64,000 nucleotides of DNA, taken from the human T2T-CHM13v2.0 reference genome, Homo sapiens. The first letter of the stretch is position 1. Each line of letters begins with the position of its first letter. The notes under the pieces were generated by a model. That model did no database searches, was not told the origin of the DNA, and was given only the letters and a program-made list of their open reading frames with translations. A program made the position numbers and the translations under genes. Below, in pieces: positions 40,757 to 56,766 of the stretch. The stretch lies in the NCBI RefSeq assembly GCF_009914755.1, contig NC_060947.1; one strand, given 5' to 3'.

Positions 40757-41070
40757 GGCTGGGCGTGGTGGCTCATGCCTGTAATCCCAGCACTTTGGGA
40801 GGTCAAGTCAGTCGGATCACCTGAGATCGGGAGTTTGAGACCAGCCTGACCAGCATTGAGAAACCCCGTCTCTACTAAAAATACAAAATTAGCTGGGCGT
40901 GGTGGCACACGCCTGTAATCCCAGCTACTTGGGAGGCTGAGGCAGGAGAATCACTTGAATCCAGGAGGAGGAGGTTGCAGTGAGGTAAGTCGAGATTTCG
41001 CTATTGCGTTCCAGCCTGGGTGACAAGAGCAAAACTCCGTCTCAAAAAAAAAAAAAAAAAAAAAAAAAAA
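40757..41070 (+). mobile_element. AluSp-like SINE
   Basis: TSD AAGAAACCAGTACT at 40741-40754 and 41069-41082; pure A27 tail. Confidence 0.96.
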
Positions 41071-42633
41071 GAAACCAGTACTTAAACCGTAGTACATCCT
41101 GAACTATCTTCTATCAGATTTGTCCAAGGTTTTAACAACATTAATACCCTCAATTCTGCTCCCTGTTTCCATGCCCAGACTGCATGTTCTGAAAGTTTGC
41201 CCTCCCAGCAAACTTCTTGGTCATAATTCACTTTCTCCATTTTGTTAAAGACAAATAGAACTAACAGAGTTTCAAATAAGCTGTGATAATTAGTTAACTT
41301 GCAAACTGAAAAGACTTCTAGGAAAAAAATAAAAAAGAACAAGAGAATGTCAGGTTTCACTTGAATAGTGCAGCCTCAGCTTATGAAAATGTTGAGATTT
41401 GCATTTGGCTTTTCAAATAACTAAGCATAAGACAAGGGCCACCATTTTTTGTTTTTGCCTCACCCAGGGATGCAAGTGCCCAAGATTAGAAATTCCTGAA
41501 TCAGTTCATATGGAGGATTATTTAGAAAAAAGTGCTTTAGTCATTACATTTTAAAATGTTCTTAGAGCATTGTCAATGAGGTAGAAAGTCTGGGTGAGTA
41601 GAAGCTGAAGTATGTAAATCTGCATAATCAAAGAGCTTTGAATAATTATAACAGAGCTGGATTACAGTAAAATATTTTTCTTTATATATCTCTATCTTCC
41701 TGTGTGTCATGCTTTAGGCCAATGGTTTGAATGGAAAATATAAAACAAAGAAAAACTGTTGCATGAAATATGAATGTAATTAATTCATGCAACAAAAACT
41801 ACATGCCACTTTAAATTACAAGTGCAAAAAAGACTAATCCAAGGATTCATATAAAGTTGTGCTTATCTTAACAGAAACGCAAAAGACATATTTGTATGAG
41901 ATAGTATTAATGAATAACATATTCCAGTCAGTTGATTAAATTGACGTTATGAGGCTGAGAATGTGGAAAAGCAACAGTTGAACCTATTTAAGTCTAATTT
42001 GACTACAGTGAAAAGAAGGTTCTGCACAGTTAAAGATTTTGATTAGAGGACTTGTAAGGATAAAGTGTTTGAGAAATGCTTTTTAGAAGCAATGTTTTTA
42101 ATTAATTAGTGAGAAGTGGAGAGGTCAAAAAGAAAAGAGCCACACATGATTAAACTCTTGTCTATCTTGTCTTGACGACCAAGAAGTGACAAACATTAGG
42201 AATCACTTAGATAAAAGAGGGAGAATTTTTGGAAGTATACACAGAAAATATGAAAAAATTTAAGATCCTGCTAAGGTTGCCTGGAAATGGACAATATTGA
42301 GGCCACAGTGTTAGTGAAAATGTATAGGAAAAAGAATGTACCTGTTGAAATGTTAAAAGTACTGCCTCAAATTACCTCAAAATAGTTTTTTTTTTGCATC
42401 ATTCTAAGTATAATGTAGATCCTGTTATTTTTATATTTTGTCATTAAGGCTTGTGTGTATTTTAATGAATCCTATAACTTGTCTCTTCAGTAAAATGGGC
42501 ATTATATTAGACAAGTTAATTATGAAAGAACTAAAATGCTTCTTCCTTGAGAATTACATTCATTAGTACTTTTAAATAATTTAAAAGTATGTTTTCAATG
42601 TTAATGACATTTCTTTATAAAACCTATATTTGT

Positions 42634-42982
<349 letters not shown>

Positions 42983-43323
42983 TCAAGTTGCAAAGCCTCA
43001 AAAGGAAACAATGAGCAAAGAGGATAAAAGACTTGGCCAAATTGAGCTCCTGGTTGTCTCTGGGATGTTATTAAATTAGGCTAAGCAAAAATCAAATCCA
43101 ATTACATCAGCAAAGATTTCTTGGGTGTTTATTATCTATCAGGCACTGTACTGAGCACTAATGATTCAGACAGGAGTAAGTCATGTTAAGGCTAATATTC
43201 TGCAAAAGGTGTTACTTAACAAGTTTTGCGTTTAGGATTCCAGGTTAATATCTGCATTAGCAGGGTTGGATCTAGAGGTCCAACTTCAATAGTACCCAGA
43301 GTGTGTCCACCTTCCCACCCAAC

Positions 43324-43872
43324 TGTCACCAGTAGAGGGTCTTCACTTCAAGTTGTCCAGGTTCTTGGCATTTTGAATAAGGAACTGGACAAAACGCACA
43401 GCAAAGCAAGCAAAGAATGAAGCAACGAAAGAGCAAAAGCAGAGATTTATTGAAAATGATAAGTACACTCCACAGTGTGGGAGTTGCCCTAGCAGCATCT
43501 CAAGGGCCCCAGATATAGAATCTTCTAGGGTCCAAGTACCCCCTAGAGGTTTCCCATTGGCCACTTGTTCACCTCATGTAAATGTAGTGGTGGCCCGCAA
43601 TCAGTCTGATTGGTTGCGGAAAGCCAACCAATCAGAGGCTGAAATTACAAAGTTGCACTCGTATGCAAACGTCTGATTGGTTGCTTTCTGCAGAGGTACT
43701 TTCAATTTTCCATCTGCCAGGCAGAAGAGGTGGGAGTTTGCAAAGGGGGTAGCCTATGGTCCTTTTGTTACTTAGGCATGGAAAGTTAGGATTTTCCTTT
43801 CAATTTAGTTCTAGGAAGTCACCATGAAACGGCCTTAGGTTCCTTGCCTCCAAACCCTGCTCTCCTGCCTCA
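43324..43872 (-). mobile_element. MER51-family ERV1 solo LTR
   Basis: TG...CA termini (reverse start TGAGGCAGGAGA), 4-bp TSD CAAC at 43320-43323 and 43873-43876, clustered CCAAT boxes, minus-strand AATAAA at ~43446. Confidence 0.88.
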
Positions 43873-44332
43873 CAACTATATTGAATATCTATATGACCTG
43901 CAAGACAGTACTGGCACATGTCATAATTTACTTCATTAACTTCTATTGTGGTCAGATAAAGGAAATAATAGTTTCTCAATGTTTAAAAGATCTAAACATA
44001 AAGATTAATATTTTTAATAACTTGCCCATGTTATCTATGTATCTGTAAGCAGATAAAGATATATGCTTAACCTTGGATATGAACTTCAGACTATGGTTTG
44101 TTATAGTCACTGGTTTTTCCAATATATCATCTTACTTTTCTCACCATGTTGGGTGATTAATAAATATGTCACATCAGTAGTGGATGAGGAATTATTGAAT
44201 ATCATGAAACAGATGTACTTAAGATAACTGTCTCTCTTCAGTTCTGTTTACCTATCTAGGTTCTGTTGGTCCTCTTTTCTAATTTCAAAACTGATTTGCA
44301 ATGGAATATTTATTTATTTTAATAAGTATTAA

Positions 44333-44682
<350 letters not shown>

Positions 44683-45745
44683 TTATTTTTATTTTTAAAA
44701 TAAAATGATAATCAATTATATTATTAACTGGGATTTGCTTCTCTCTAGTATGCTATACACAATCCTTCAACCAGTTCTGCATAACTATGGAAGAATTCAC
44801 CCGGCATAACATCATAGTGTAGTTGCTACACTCTATGCTGGATTCTCATCTGCCTATGTAATATGTTTTGTGTATGCTAATCAAGATGCTTTGATGGAGA
44901 CATTTTAAAAATCATACTCAAATTTGGGGGATGAAGTTTAAACTGCAGACTGAATCCTGCTTAAAAACAGATAAACTGATGAACAAAAACATGAATGTTA
45001 GGATACATCTTGTGTACTACAACTAAATATTCCCTCTGACCATTAGAGCTTAGGCGTTTTCTATCTTTCCATTTCACTTCTAATATTATGTGAACCTTGC
45101 TGTTTTATAATAAAAACCCACATACTTCTAGGTAAATATGGCTGAGAGTATGTACATGTATCTCAGATCCCTCTTCAATCTCCACCAAAATGACAGTTAG
45201 GGAATTGAATATGTTATAAACCCAGAAAGACATTGAGAATGGGAGAAAGGATAACACTGGAAAAAATATGTCATCCGATTTGTGGAAGAGGAAAGGCAAA
45301 TGGAAGAGTTAGACCTCATTAAGGGCCCCTAAGGAAACTATTATAAAACCTAAGTGCTACAGAGGGAGATACTGATGAGTAACAAGTCTATTTGCAGAAT
45401 GCTGGAGGGCATAGGACTTGGTAACAGCTAGTGTGGAGGACTGAGGTAAAGCAGTCAGGTGACTACTCCAATCACAAAACTTTCAGATGCCAGAGGCTTT
45501 TCTGTGGAGAAAATAAACATAAGAGAATCTAAATTCTGGGAGGATGGGAGAAATATTTAACCTAAAACAGGGAGTTGCCTACATAACAAATATTGAGAAA
45601 TACAGCTTCCAACACCAGTGTGTCAATACACTACCTAAACGCCTTCAGATAGGAAATTAGAGTTTTCTTCTGTGTAGAAACTAAATATCCACTGAGAAAA
45701 AGCTTACTAATATGAAAAATAAAGTTCCTCCTCTAATTATCTTAG

Positions 45746-45956
45746 AACTATGGCCTGCAGGCCAAATCTAGCCAACAGCATGTTTTTGTAAATAAAGTTT
45801 TATTGGAAATCAGCCCTACCCATTCATTGCATATTATCTATGGCTATTCTCACTATACGATGTCAGGGTTGAATGTGTGTAATGAAAAACATGTGACCCA
45901 TGAAGCCTAAAATATTTACTCTCTGGCCCGTTACAGAAAGTTTGCCAACTGCTCTA
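45746..45956. mobile_element. MER58A hAT-Charlie element
   Basis: AACTATGGCCTGCAGGCCAAATC...TTTGTAAATAAAGTTTTATTGGAA...AAGCCTAAAATATTTACT. Confidence 0.9.
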
Positions 45957-46819
45957 GAGAAAAATCTGAATGGATAATCCCCATGTATATTGAACTAACA
46001 ATTAATTTTAGTGCCTTAATTAAATATAAAGAGAGCAACAAGAATCATGATACATTGCAGATAATTTTCTAACAAAAAGACTTGAATTAAAAGCAAAAAC
46101 CACCAAATTTTTTAAAAAGAAAAACTTTCTTCAAAAAGATAAAATATGTAAGACATGGAATATAAAAATAAAATGAAAATATAAAAAGTCTATTAATATG
46201 ACTCTTCGAGAAAGCTGAATGGAATGGTCATTTAATGAAGTAGCGGGGAGTAGGTTTGGAGATGGTAGGTTAATTATATAGTCAGACACGCAAAATTTAA
46301 ATAGTTCACCTCCTGTGTACACTTACTGAAGATGTGCCTGGAAATGTGTTTTAACAAAAGGGAAAGAAAAACATAAGCAATCAGGGAAAAGGAGATTCAC
46401 TATAATAGTGAAGTAAAGTCTCAGAATGACAGGGAGCACCAGCATTCAAGAACAATTGCTGAGTAAACAGAAAGGATGGATATCTGAGGAACAAAGGGAT
46501 CTTGGAAAATAAAATGTAGCGGATAGTGTGTTGAGAATTATGTTTGATCACTTGTGGAAAATAGCAATACATTTGTGAGAGATCTGTTGAAGCATTTGGA
46601 AAATACTGATAGGTATTCAGAAAAACAAGCAAATTTAATAACATGACTTATGAATGTCGGGATAAATAAAAGTGTTATAAGAAATAAAGTATATTAAAGT
46701 ACAATAATTGGTTAAGTGGAAAGCATTTTGATTAATTATATTGAGAAACTGTGAAGAGGAAAACTGTCCCATTCATATCACACAATACCTTGGCTATTTT
46801 TCTTACATCACCTATAGCC

Positions 46820-46960
46820 CTTTATCATGTATCTCCCCTATAGAATGGAAGTGTTATGAAAAGAGGCACTTGTCTGTTTTGTTTTTCTGTGTTTCCAAAG
46901 CCTGGAATAACGCTCAACATATAGTAGGTACCCAGAAAATATTCGTTGAAAAAATGAGTA
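46820..46960 (+). mobile_element. L2a 3' end
   Basis: CTCCCCTATAGAATGGAAG...CATATAGTAGGTACCCAGAAAATATTCGTTGAA. Confidence 0.75.
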
Positions 46961-47051
46961 AAGAAGACGTTAGGAAAGCTTAAATGTTAATAAAACTCCA
47001 TTGGAAATGTCTAAATGTGATAAATCAAGAAACAGTAGTGTAAGCACATTA

Positions 47052-47471
<420 letters not shown>

Positions 47472-47904
47472 TTAATTTTTAGTGATATGCATGCATTATC
47501 TAGGTAAAATATAAAAATGAATTTGGAATTTTCTTTAAATTTTACAAAATTCAAAGGAAATACTCAGGTCTATGATTATCTAATATCGTTCAATATAGAA
47601 ATTCAAGTAAAAAAATTAATAGAATACTCATTATTAGAGTATTCTTTACCTTAAGCCAATGACATTCAATTGTTTCGTGCTGTAAAACCCTGTTGACATT
47701 CATTTCAGATTATAATACAATTACTTGGCAAAAGTACATATACATTTATTTTCATATTAGACTGGGTTTCAATTAAATGTATGGGAAACTTTAGTTTCTA
47801 AAATTACTTCTTGACATAATTATTAATTATAGATTACCTTGAATTTTTTAGTTTTTAAGCTCTTTTAAATGCAGTATCTAATTAGATTCTCTCAGCAAAG
47901 ATAG

Positions 47905-48140
47905 GAAGACAGTATAACAATACTTCATCTCATGGAATTTGGATTAAGATACAAGCCTCGTTTCCAGTCCTGCTTCTTCCATTTAATTATTGAACTTTCA
48001 GCAAATTACATTGCTGTTCTTAGCATCAGTTTCATTCTTAATAACAAGACCACAATATTTTTGTTTTGTGAAAATTATATGAGATAATGTAGGAAAGGGC
48101 ACATAGCAGTTATTTACAGTAAACGTGTGATAAATGGTGT
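47905..48140 (+). mobile_element. MIR
   Basis: GCATCAGTTTCATTCTT...TGTGAAAATTATATGAGATAATGTAGGAAAG. Confidence 0.65.
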
Positions 48141-48677
48141 CAAAGAATCTTTAAAGATTTGCTAAAGAATGTATTATATATTCTCCAAAGTCATTCTTTG
48201 TCCATATACATGATATTTTATGAAAGATCCTAAAGAAAAGCCCAGATATTTTTCCTCTAACTGAATTGTTTTGTTTCAAAATTGTTAGAGAAATGGTAAT
48301 ATACTGCAAAGAAAACAGTTTTAAGACTCACCGGCTTCTAGAGGTCCAAACTCTTGCCATATGGCCAAATTTTGTCTATAGAACTGTTGTATTTGGTTTG
48401 TTAGTATGTTTGTGTAATTTTTGAGTCCTATGAATGAGGCATATAGTCTCATATTTATCACAGTCCCATGATTCCTTATTATCCACATGAATGCTGATGA
48501 TTATTTTAAAGTACTCACTACTCTACTTCCAAGCAACAATTCTTCTTCATTCCCCCTACTAACTTCAATGTCAATGCTCTCTTAGGTCTGACTATTTCTT
48601 GGGATATTGATAGAAAGGTATATTGTTCCCCTTCCCTCTTGTACCCAACACTCCTGGTAATATTAAGTTATGGGTCA

Positions 48678-49046
48678 TATTTTAGTCCATTCTGGCTACT
48701 GTGAAAAAATATCATAGCCTGGTGGGTTACAAACAACTTAAATTAGTTGCTCGCAGTTCTAAAGGGTAGTAAGTATAAGATCAAGGTGCTGGCAGATCTG
48801 GTGTCTGGTGAGGGCACTCTTTAAGTTTGCAGATGACCCACCTTCTCATTGTATCCTCAGGTGTCAGAGAACAGAGAAAGAGAAAGCGCTCATGTCTCTT
48901 CTTATAAGGGCACTAATCCCATCATGAGGGGATCCACCTTCATGACCTAATCTCCTCCCAAAGGCTCCTATCTCCTAACATCATCACCCTGGGGATTAGA
49001 ATTTCAACATGAATATTGGGGGGATGCAGACATTCAGACCATAGCA
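48678..49046 (-). mobile_element. MLT1A0 MaLR solo LTR
   Basis: AAGATCAAGGTGCTGGCAGAT...GTGTCTGGTGAGGGC...ATTCAGACCATAGCA; 5-bp TSD GGTCA/GGCCA. Confidence 0.9.
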
Positions 49047-49319
49047 GGCCAAGAATTCTCATCACATAGATTAATTTAAAAATTGAGCTATATCTATCTT
49101 ATTAAAAAATCCTATCAAAATGCTGATTTCATGATATTATCTCAGTTACTTTAGAGCAGCAGAATTTGTAAAGTGTTTTCATCCTGCTTTCCTCAACCCT
49201 GAAGCACACTTGCTTTCCACCACCAATTTCTGCTAATGTTTGTCTTAGTGGTATGTGGCACTGCTCTAATATTCATGATACTAACAATTAATTTTATCAA
49301 GAATTCATTACATATACTA

Positions 49320-49480
49320 AACATGTTACATGGATAATCTTATTTAATCTTCTCAACTATATTATGAGGCATGTGCTGTTATTAGTCCCATTTTATAGAT
49401 GAGAAAATCCACGCTAATAGAGGTTATAAAACTTGCAGAGTCATACAGTTAACAAAAGGCCTAGTCATTTGCATTCCAAG
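49320..49480 (-). mobile_element. MIR
   Basis: CCCATTTTATAGATGAGAAAA...AGAGGTTA...ACTTGC. Confidence 0.75.
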
Positions 49481-50897
49481 TCTGTATTTTCCTAACAGGA
49501 AATGCAATAAAGTTGTTTGGAGATGTCTATTTTTTCTGTTTTCTGTAAGTATAGTTTGATGTTTTGCTCACTCTAGTTTGGAAGTAAGTAAAGATTACTC
49601 TATGAAAAATGTATCTTGAGAAAATGGTATTCTATGCTACTGAGCTGAAAGATTATCATCCGTCAACTGCTATGCAGGATTAGGGTTACCACCACATTGT
49701 TGACTGCTGCCACAAGATAACCAGACCAACACAACAAATAACTGCAGCATAAAAGGCAACATAGTACCAAAAATCATTTTATGTGAAACAAAACATTATG
49801 CTACTCTTGCACAGTTTTGCTACTGGAATATTTCTTGCTGTTATGCTCAAATAATGGAACTTAAAATACTTTCAACTTCCCCAGGCCTTTCTGAATAAAA
49901 AACCTAGTGACAATTCATTGTATTATTGCTTTTGAAAACAAAATTAACTTTTTGTTTGTAATGCCCACCCAGGAAATATACAGTATTGATTACAGAGTAA
50001 AAAGATTACAAGGTATTCCCCCTCTTATTAGAAAAATATGCCTATAAATATTTCTTTTAGTACATTTTCAGTCATATATGTACATTTTTAAAATAAGAGA
50101 TTCAGAAGCTCACATTTTTATTATGACATTTCTCCTAACCAGCTGTGTGATGACAGGCATCTCTGGGAATTCCTAGCCTTCAGGTTTCTCTTCTTTAGAC
50201 ACAAGTTGGCCTTCGTATCTCTTGGATTCTGTCCATCTCTAAAGGTCAATGATTCCAGCTCTTGTAAGAGAGCCACTGAAATGATCTGGAAGATAAAATA
50301 GTTTTTACTTGAGGTTAGAATAAGCTGAACAGGACTCTGGAAGGCTAACGAGGATATCATTAAGGATTTTTTATTGTCTTATATGTTTATTATATTTATC
50401 TTAACATTTTTGCAAAATAAATTCCCTGAAGATGAGGACATTTATTTTACTTTATTTTCTCAATGTCTCGGTAGTATCTAAAATGCTATGTTGAGCATAG
50501 AAAAACATTCCTGATAATAATATAAACCGAAAAGTAATTTAAAACATGTCTTGAAATATAATTCTAAAACAATGAGGAGAAAGGGCAAAATCTTATCTAT
50601 AAAATGTGTTCAGATAGCAAAATATATAGATATGTTAATTTATAAATTCCCTGAAATTATCAAACAATAACTTAGGTATTTATTTTGAAACAGTAATATA
50701 ATATGCAATTAAACATGCATTCAATATTCACTTGCTAATTAAAATGCTCTACAAATGGAATTTATTTACAGTCATGACTGGACTCAAACATTCACTCATT
50801 AAATTGGACAATCTATCATTCTGTTAGGAGTTTATTAAACATTTATTAAGCTGTTAATGTGTCAGACACTTTTAAATGTAAAATATTATCTAAATAA

Positions 50898-51219
<322 letters not shown>

Positions 51220-51282
51220 AGAAAGTAATTTTTTTAAGGCTAATAAAGACATTTAGAAACTTAGCAAACACAACTTTAAGAA

Positions 51283-52219
<937 letters not shown>

Positions 52220-52233
52220 TAAAAATATTACAT

Positions 52234-52592
52234 TGTCTTACTCAGTTCTGGGTGCTATAAAAGAATAACATAGACTGGGTGGCCTAAACAACAGAGAGTA
52301 TTCCTCAGTTCTGGAGGCTGGGAAATCTAAGATCAAGTCACCAACAGATTCAGTGTCTGGTGAGAACACTCTTTCTCTTTCGCAAATGGCTGCCTTCTTG
52401 TTGTATCCCCATATGGAAGAACACAAAGAGAGAGAAAATGCTCGTACTTTTTCTTATAAGGGCGCTAATCCTAGTTTTGGGGCCTCACCCTCATGACCTA
52501 ATTACTTTACCAGATGCCTCACTTCCTAATGCCATCACATTGGAATTAGGCTTTCAATATGAATTGGGGGAGAGCACAAACACATCTATGAC
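52234..52592 (-). mobile_element. MLT1A0 MaLR LTR
   Basis: CATAGACTGGGTGGC...GTTCTGGAGGCTGGGAA...CACCCTCATGACCTAATTAC. Confidence 0.9.
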
Positions 52593-53008
52593 ATTCCTGC
52601 TATAAAATGAATAATCTGAATCTAATCACAAGAAAAACATCACACAAACCCAAATTGAAGGACTTTCTATAAAATAACTGACCTGATATCATAATTAAAA
52701 AAAGGCAAGGCCATAAAAACAAGGAAACACTGAGGAACTGTTTCAGTTAAAGGAAATAAAGAGACTTTATTAACTTCATGCAACACATGATTCAAAGGTC
52801 CCTTATTCTGCAAAAGATACTATGACAATCGGTGAAAAATAAATAAGGTCTTCAAATGAACCAGTATTATCGTACCAATGATCATTTTCTTTTCAATAAT
52901 TACAGTGTGGTTATGACTGTTCTTTAATTCTAAATACTTTGATGTATTGTGGTAAAGAAACATCATGCCTTCAACTTACTGTCAAACAATTTAGAAAAAA
53001 AAAAAAGC

Positions 53009-53210
53009 TGATATGGCTGTGTCCCCACCCAAATCTCAACTTGAATTGTATCTCCCAGAATTCCCACGTGTTGTGGGAGAGACCCAGGGGGAGGTTACTG
53101 AATCATGGGGGCCGGTCTTTCTCTTGCTAGTATCATGATATTGAATAAGCCTGTATCATATTCATGATAGTGAATATGTCTGTATCAGCAGTGCGAAAAT
53201 GGACTAATGA
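53009..53210 (+). mobile_element. THE1A/B LTR with a large internal deletion
   Basis: TGATATGG..TGTGTCCCCACCCAAATCTCAACTTGAATTGTA start and AAAATGGACTAAT end within only ~200 bp. Confidence 0.85.
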
Positions 53211-54370
53211 AACCTGAATACAGAGAAAGAGAGCATGCTAATATTTGGGAAATCTGAGTGAAGGATATACAAAAATTATTTGTACTATTGTAACTTGTCT
53301 GTAAGTCTGAATCTATGTCAAAATAATTTTTAAATTAAAGTTTATATCTATTATTTGATGATAAAAATACATGCAACAACATAACATGGAAATCTAGTGA
53401 TAATTGAGGTATATTCTACTTGTAAAAAACAGCAATCATGTTGTTAAGTCCTACAACAAATATTTGATAAGTACCATGTATTACATCCTCTTCTGTGTTA
53501 AAAATAATAACAGTGAAAAAACCATCAAAAATCCCAGCCTTTATAAAACTTACATTTTGTGAGAGCTTAGATTTTCTTGTAGTGTCAGTGAACTGGGCAA
53601 GCCATTTGTCTAAGTGAATCATTTCTCAGTTTCTTAATCACATTTTCAGTAGCTTGAAACATTTTTCCAATAAAAATAACAGATAATTCCTTTAGCTTGA
53701 ATGTTAACTCTCCACCCAGTTCCCTCAGTGATGACCAAAATTTGAATCATTCAAAAGATCTCTGGAAATCTAAATTTTGACCATTTTTAGAAGTTAATTA
53801 ATAAGTACATATTTTATGATTTTCCCTTTCTTTCGCCAAATTGCTAACCTTCAATGCATTTGTTTTCTAAATCTACAATACATTTTCTTTATGCATCCAG
53901 AACTTCAAAAATTATTATGAGTTTAATTTTATTGTCTACTTTTTATTGTTATTACTGTATTTTATTTTGAAAAATTACTTTATCCATCAGGTATAGACTA
54001 AATATTATCCACTTAACTGAGAAAAGACAAACAATGCAAATGTAATTTTTCAAAAAATGTGCTTGAAAGAAAAAGTCATTACTAAATGTAGGAGAGGAGT
54101 CCAAAACAGAGATCTGTGGTAATGATGGCTTAGAAAAGAAAGTGTGAAAGTATCTAAGACTATGATAAAAATGGATTTATAAAGGCCAAACATCCCACAG
54201 AAGTCAGCTGAGTGAAGCTCAAAGAGCTCAGGAACAGAAGAAGAAAGGAACAAGGTTCTACGGGAACTAAGAAATGCTTATTATGCCATCCAGGTGACTG
54301 CTCAGGGCTTCAGTGCCTAATTTGGACTATAGACAAAGGAGCTGAAGCTATTGCTCTTAAATTTCAGATG

Positions 54371-54408
54371 CCAAGTACCTACTGAGACACCAAGTACCTA
54401 CTGAGATA
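54371..54408. repeat. 19-bp tandem duplication CCAAGTACCTACTGAGA(C/T)A
   Basis: Two adjacent copies with one mismatch. Confidence 0.9.
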
Positions 54409-54603
54409 CCCACGCACCAGTGTGCCTGGGTATAAATATGAATTTAGGAGTCAGTGTGGTGGGAATACTGATTAAGCCCCAGAAACAAATATGCAACTTT
54501 CCACATTTGACACATACGTGTATACCATTTTCTTGTACACATCAATATTGTCTACCACAGGACAGAAGCCTTCTATCTAAATTCCTGAATGGCAAAGGAA
54601 TGA

Positions 54604-54664
54604 CATCACCATCATCATCACCATCACCATCACTATCACCACCACCACCACCATCATCATCATC
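54604..54664. repeat. (CAT/CAC)n trinucleotide repeat
   Basis: Direct observation. Confidence 0.9.
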
Positions 54665-54681
54665 TCTAATTATTTGGGAGA

Positions 54682-55070
54682 TGATATGATTAGGCTTTGT
54701 GTCCCCACCCAAATCTCACCTTGAACTGTAATTCCCCATGATCCCCATAATCTTCATGTGTCAAGGGAGAGACCAGGTGGAAGTAATTGAATCATGGGAG
54801 CGGTTTCCCCCATGCTGTTCTCATGATAGTGAGTGAGTTCTCACAAGATCTTATGGTTTTATAAGGGACTCTTCCCCTTTGCTGGGCGCTTCTCTTTCCT
54901 GCCGCCTTGTGAAAAAGGTACCTTGCTTCCTCTTGGCCTTCTTCCATGATTGTTTAAGTTTCCCGAGGCCTCCCCAGCCATGCTGAACTGTGAGTCAATT
55001 AAACCTCTTTCTTTGTAAATTACCCTGTCTCGGGGAGTTCTTTATAGCGATATGAAAGTGGACTAATACA
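54682..55070 (+). mobile_element. THE1D-like MaLR solo LTR (within a MIR)
   Basis: TGATATG...GGACTAATACA termini; perfect 5-bp TSD GGAGA at 54677-54681 and 55071-55075. Confidence 0.93.
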
Positions 55071-56766
55071 GGAGATTTATGTGATAGTCAGTTTTAAGTG
55101 CTTTACATGTATATCTATTTATTATAAAGCTGAAATAAATACCATCTGCAGTTATAAAAGAGGAATCTGAGTTGCAAAGGTTAATAACCTACCCAGGTTA
55201 AACACTTATTGAGTGTCAGAGGCAGGATCAAAATGTAGGCACCTTAGAGGTATAAATAAATAGAAGACTGTTTTTTCATACAAAGCACTTCAATATCAGC
55301 CTTTTCTGAGGGCATTATAGGAAACAACCAGAGAATCTTGGAGATATTGATCTGGAATCCTGGCTATAAAACGCCTGAAGTTTGCCCTACCTACAACGAT
55401 TTTCATGTTACATGAGATGGTAAATTTGCTTATTGTCTTCCTTTATTTACATTTGATGCAAGGTTTTTCTCACTTGCAACTGAGGAAATTTACTCTTTCT
55501 CCTAGATTTCCCCATCATACTTCCATGACTTCCCTCATCTTGTCCTTTCCCTTTGCCAAGCTGAAAATACAAGTATGGCTTGGACATCTTGACAGGGTTA
55601 CTAAAGAGAAAAATGCGGTTCTTTCTGTTCACACCTATATTCCCTGGTGTATAAATGCTATATGTTAATGTGTTATGGCACTGAAGAATGTTGTTGACTT
55701 ACCACGGACACAGCCTACTCCTATTCCCATCTTCAACCTTCCTATTCTCCACAATATCATGTGCGTGATTCACTTCCAATATTATCATCATTCCTCTTTT
55801 ATTTTATTTTCTGCAACATTGTGACTTTACAATGTTTTATCATTCTACTAGCAGATCTTGAAAAATGAGAAACTCCTTTGACTAAGAGCAAATAAAGCTT
55901 TACTGCTTTTTAAAGTTTTATTTTATTTTGACTTCTGGGCTGACATTATCTTCCTTGGTTTTATTATATATTTTAGTTCTATTCAGTGATGACACATATT
56001 TCTGTGTGGAAACTTCATTGCAAATTCCTGGTTAGCAACAAAATCCCACCATAAATTTAATTAAAGGATTACCAATATTTGCATACTTCACGTGTCACTG
56101 ACTTCTTCAGGTTTCCTCATAAACATAAAAAGCAGACAGATCTTTCAAAGCAGGATTTTGGTTTTGGGGGAGGATTTTTCTTTTACAGCATCTTATAAAC
56201 ATATCATTTTCTACATTTGGCAACCAAGGTGTAAATATGTGGTTTATTATGCAAATAGTGTCATGCCAGATGACTGTATAGCTTTTATTGCAGAGACACA
56301 TCACCTACCTTCTACTACTTATAAGTAAATTAAAGTAACACGTTTTCATACTAAGCATTCAAAAACTACTGAAAATCAATGTCAAGTTATTTATAAATAA
56401 AATTATGCATAATAACTTAAAACCTAATTAGCAGTTCTAATAAAAGCGATCTTCAAACTGTTCTCACTTTTCAAAACTTTTGACAAAGGTAATTGGCCTA
56501 ATTCTTCTCTTCTAACAAGAATTCTAATAACAAAATGTTTATACAGTGAGGTCACGTCAGCTGTTTGAAATGCTAACCTCGTGATCCAAATACTATTTTA
56601 AAGAATTATTTTATAGCATGGATAGACCAAAGAGTGTTTGCAATTTCTCATCTGATTTTTAAGTAACTATAGCCTTTGTGATCTCCCTCTGAGAGTTTAA
56701 AACATTCAGAATGAGAGATGGAGAGTTAGGGTTCCTCATTTCCTCCCAGTACAGTGTAATCTAAGC

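Noticed and set aside
49499-49589. Possible 46-nt and 7-nt exons (AG...GTAAGT)
   Set aside because: Not frame-preserving, adjacent to a MIR, with no supporting gene context.
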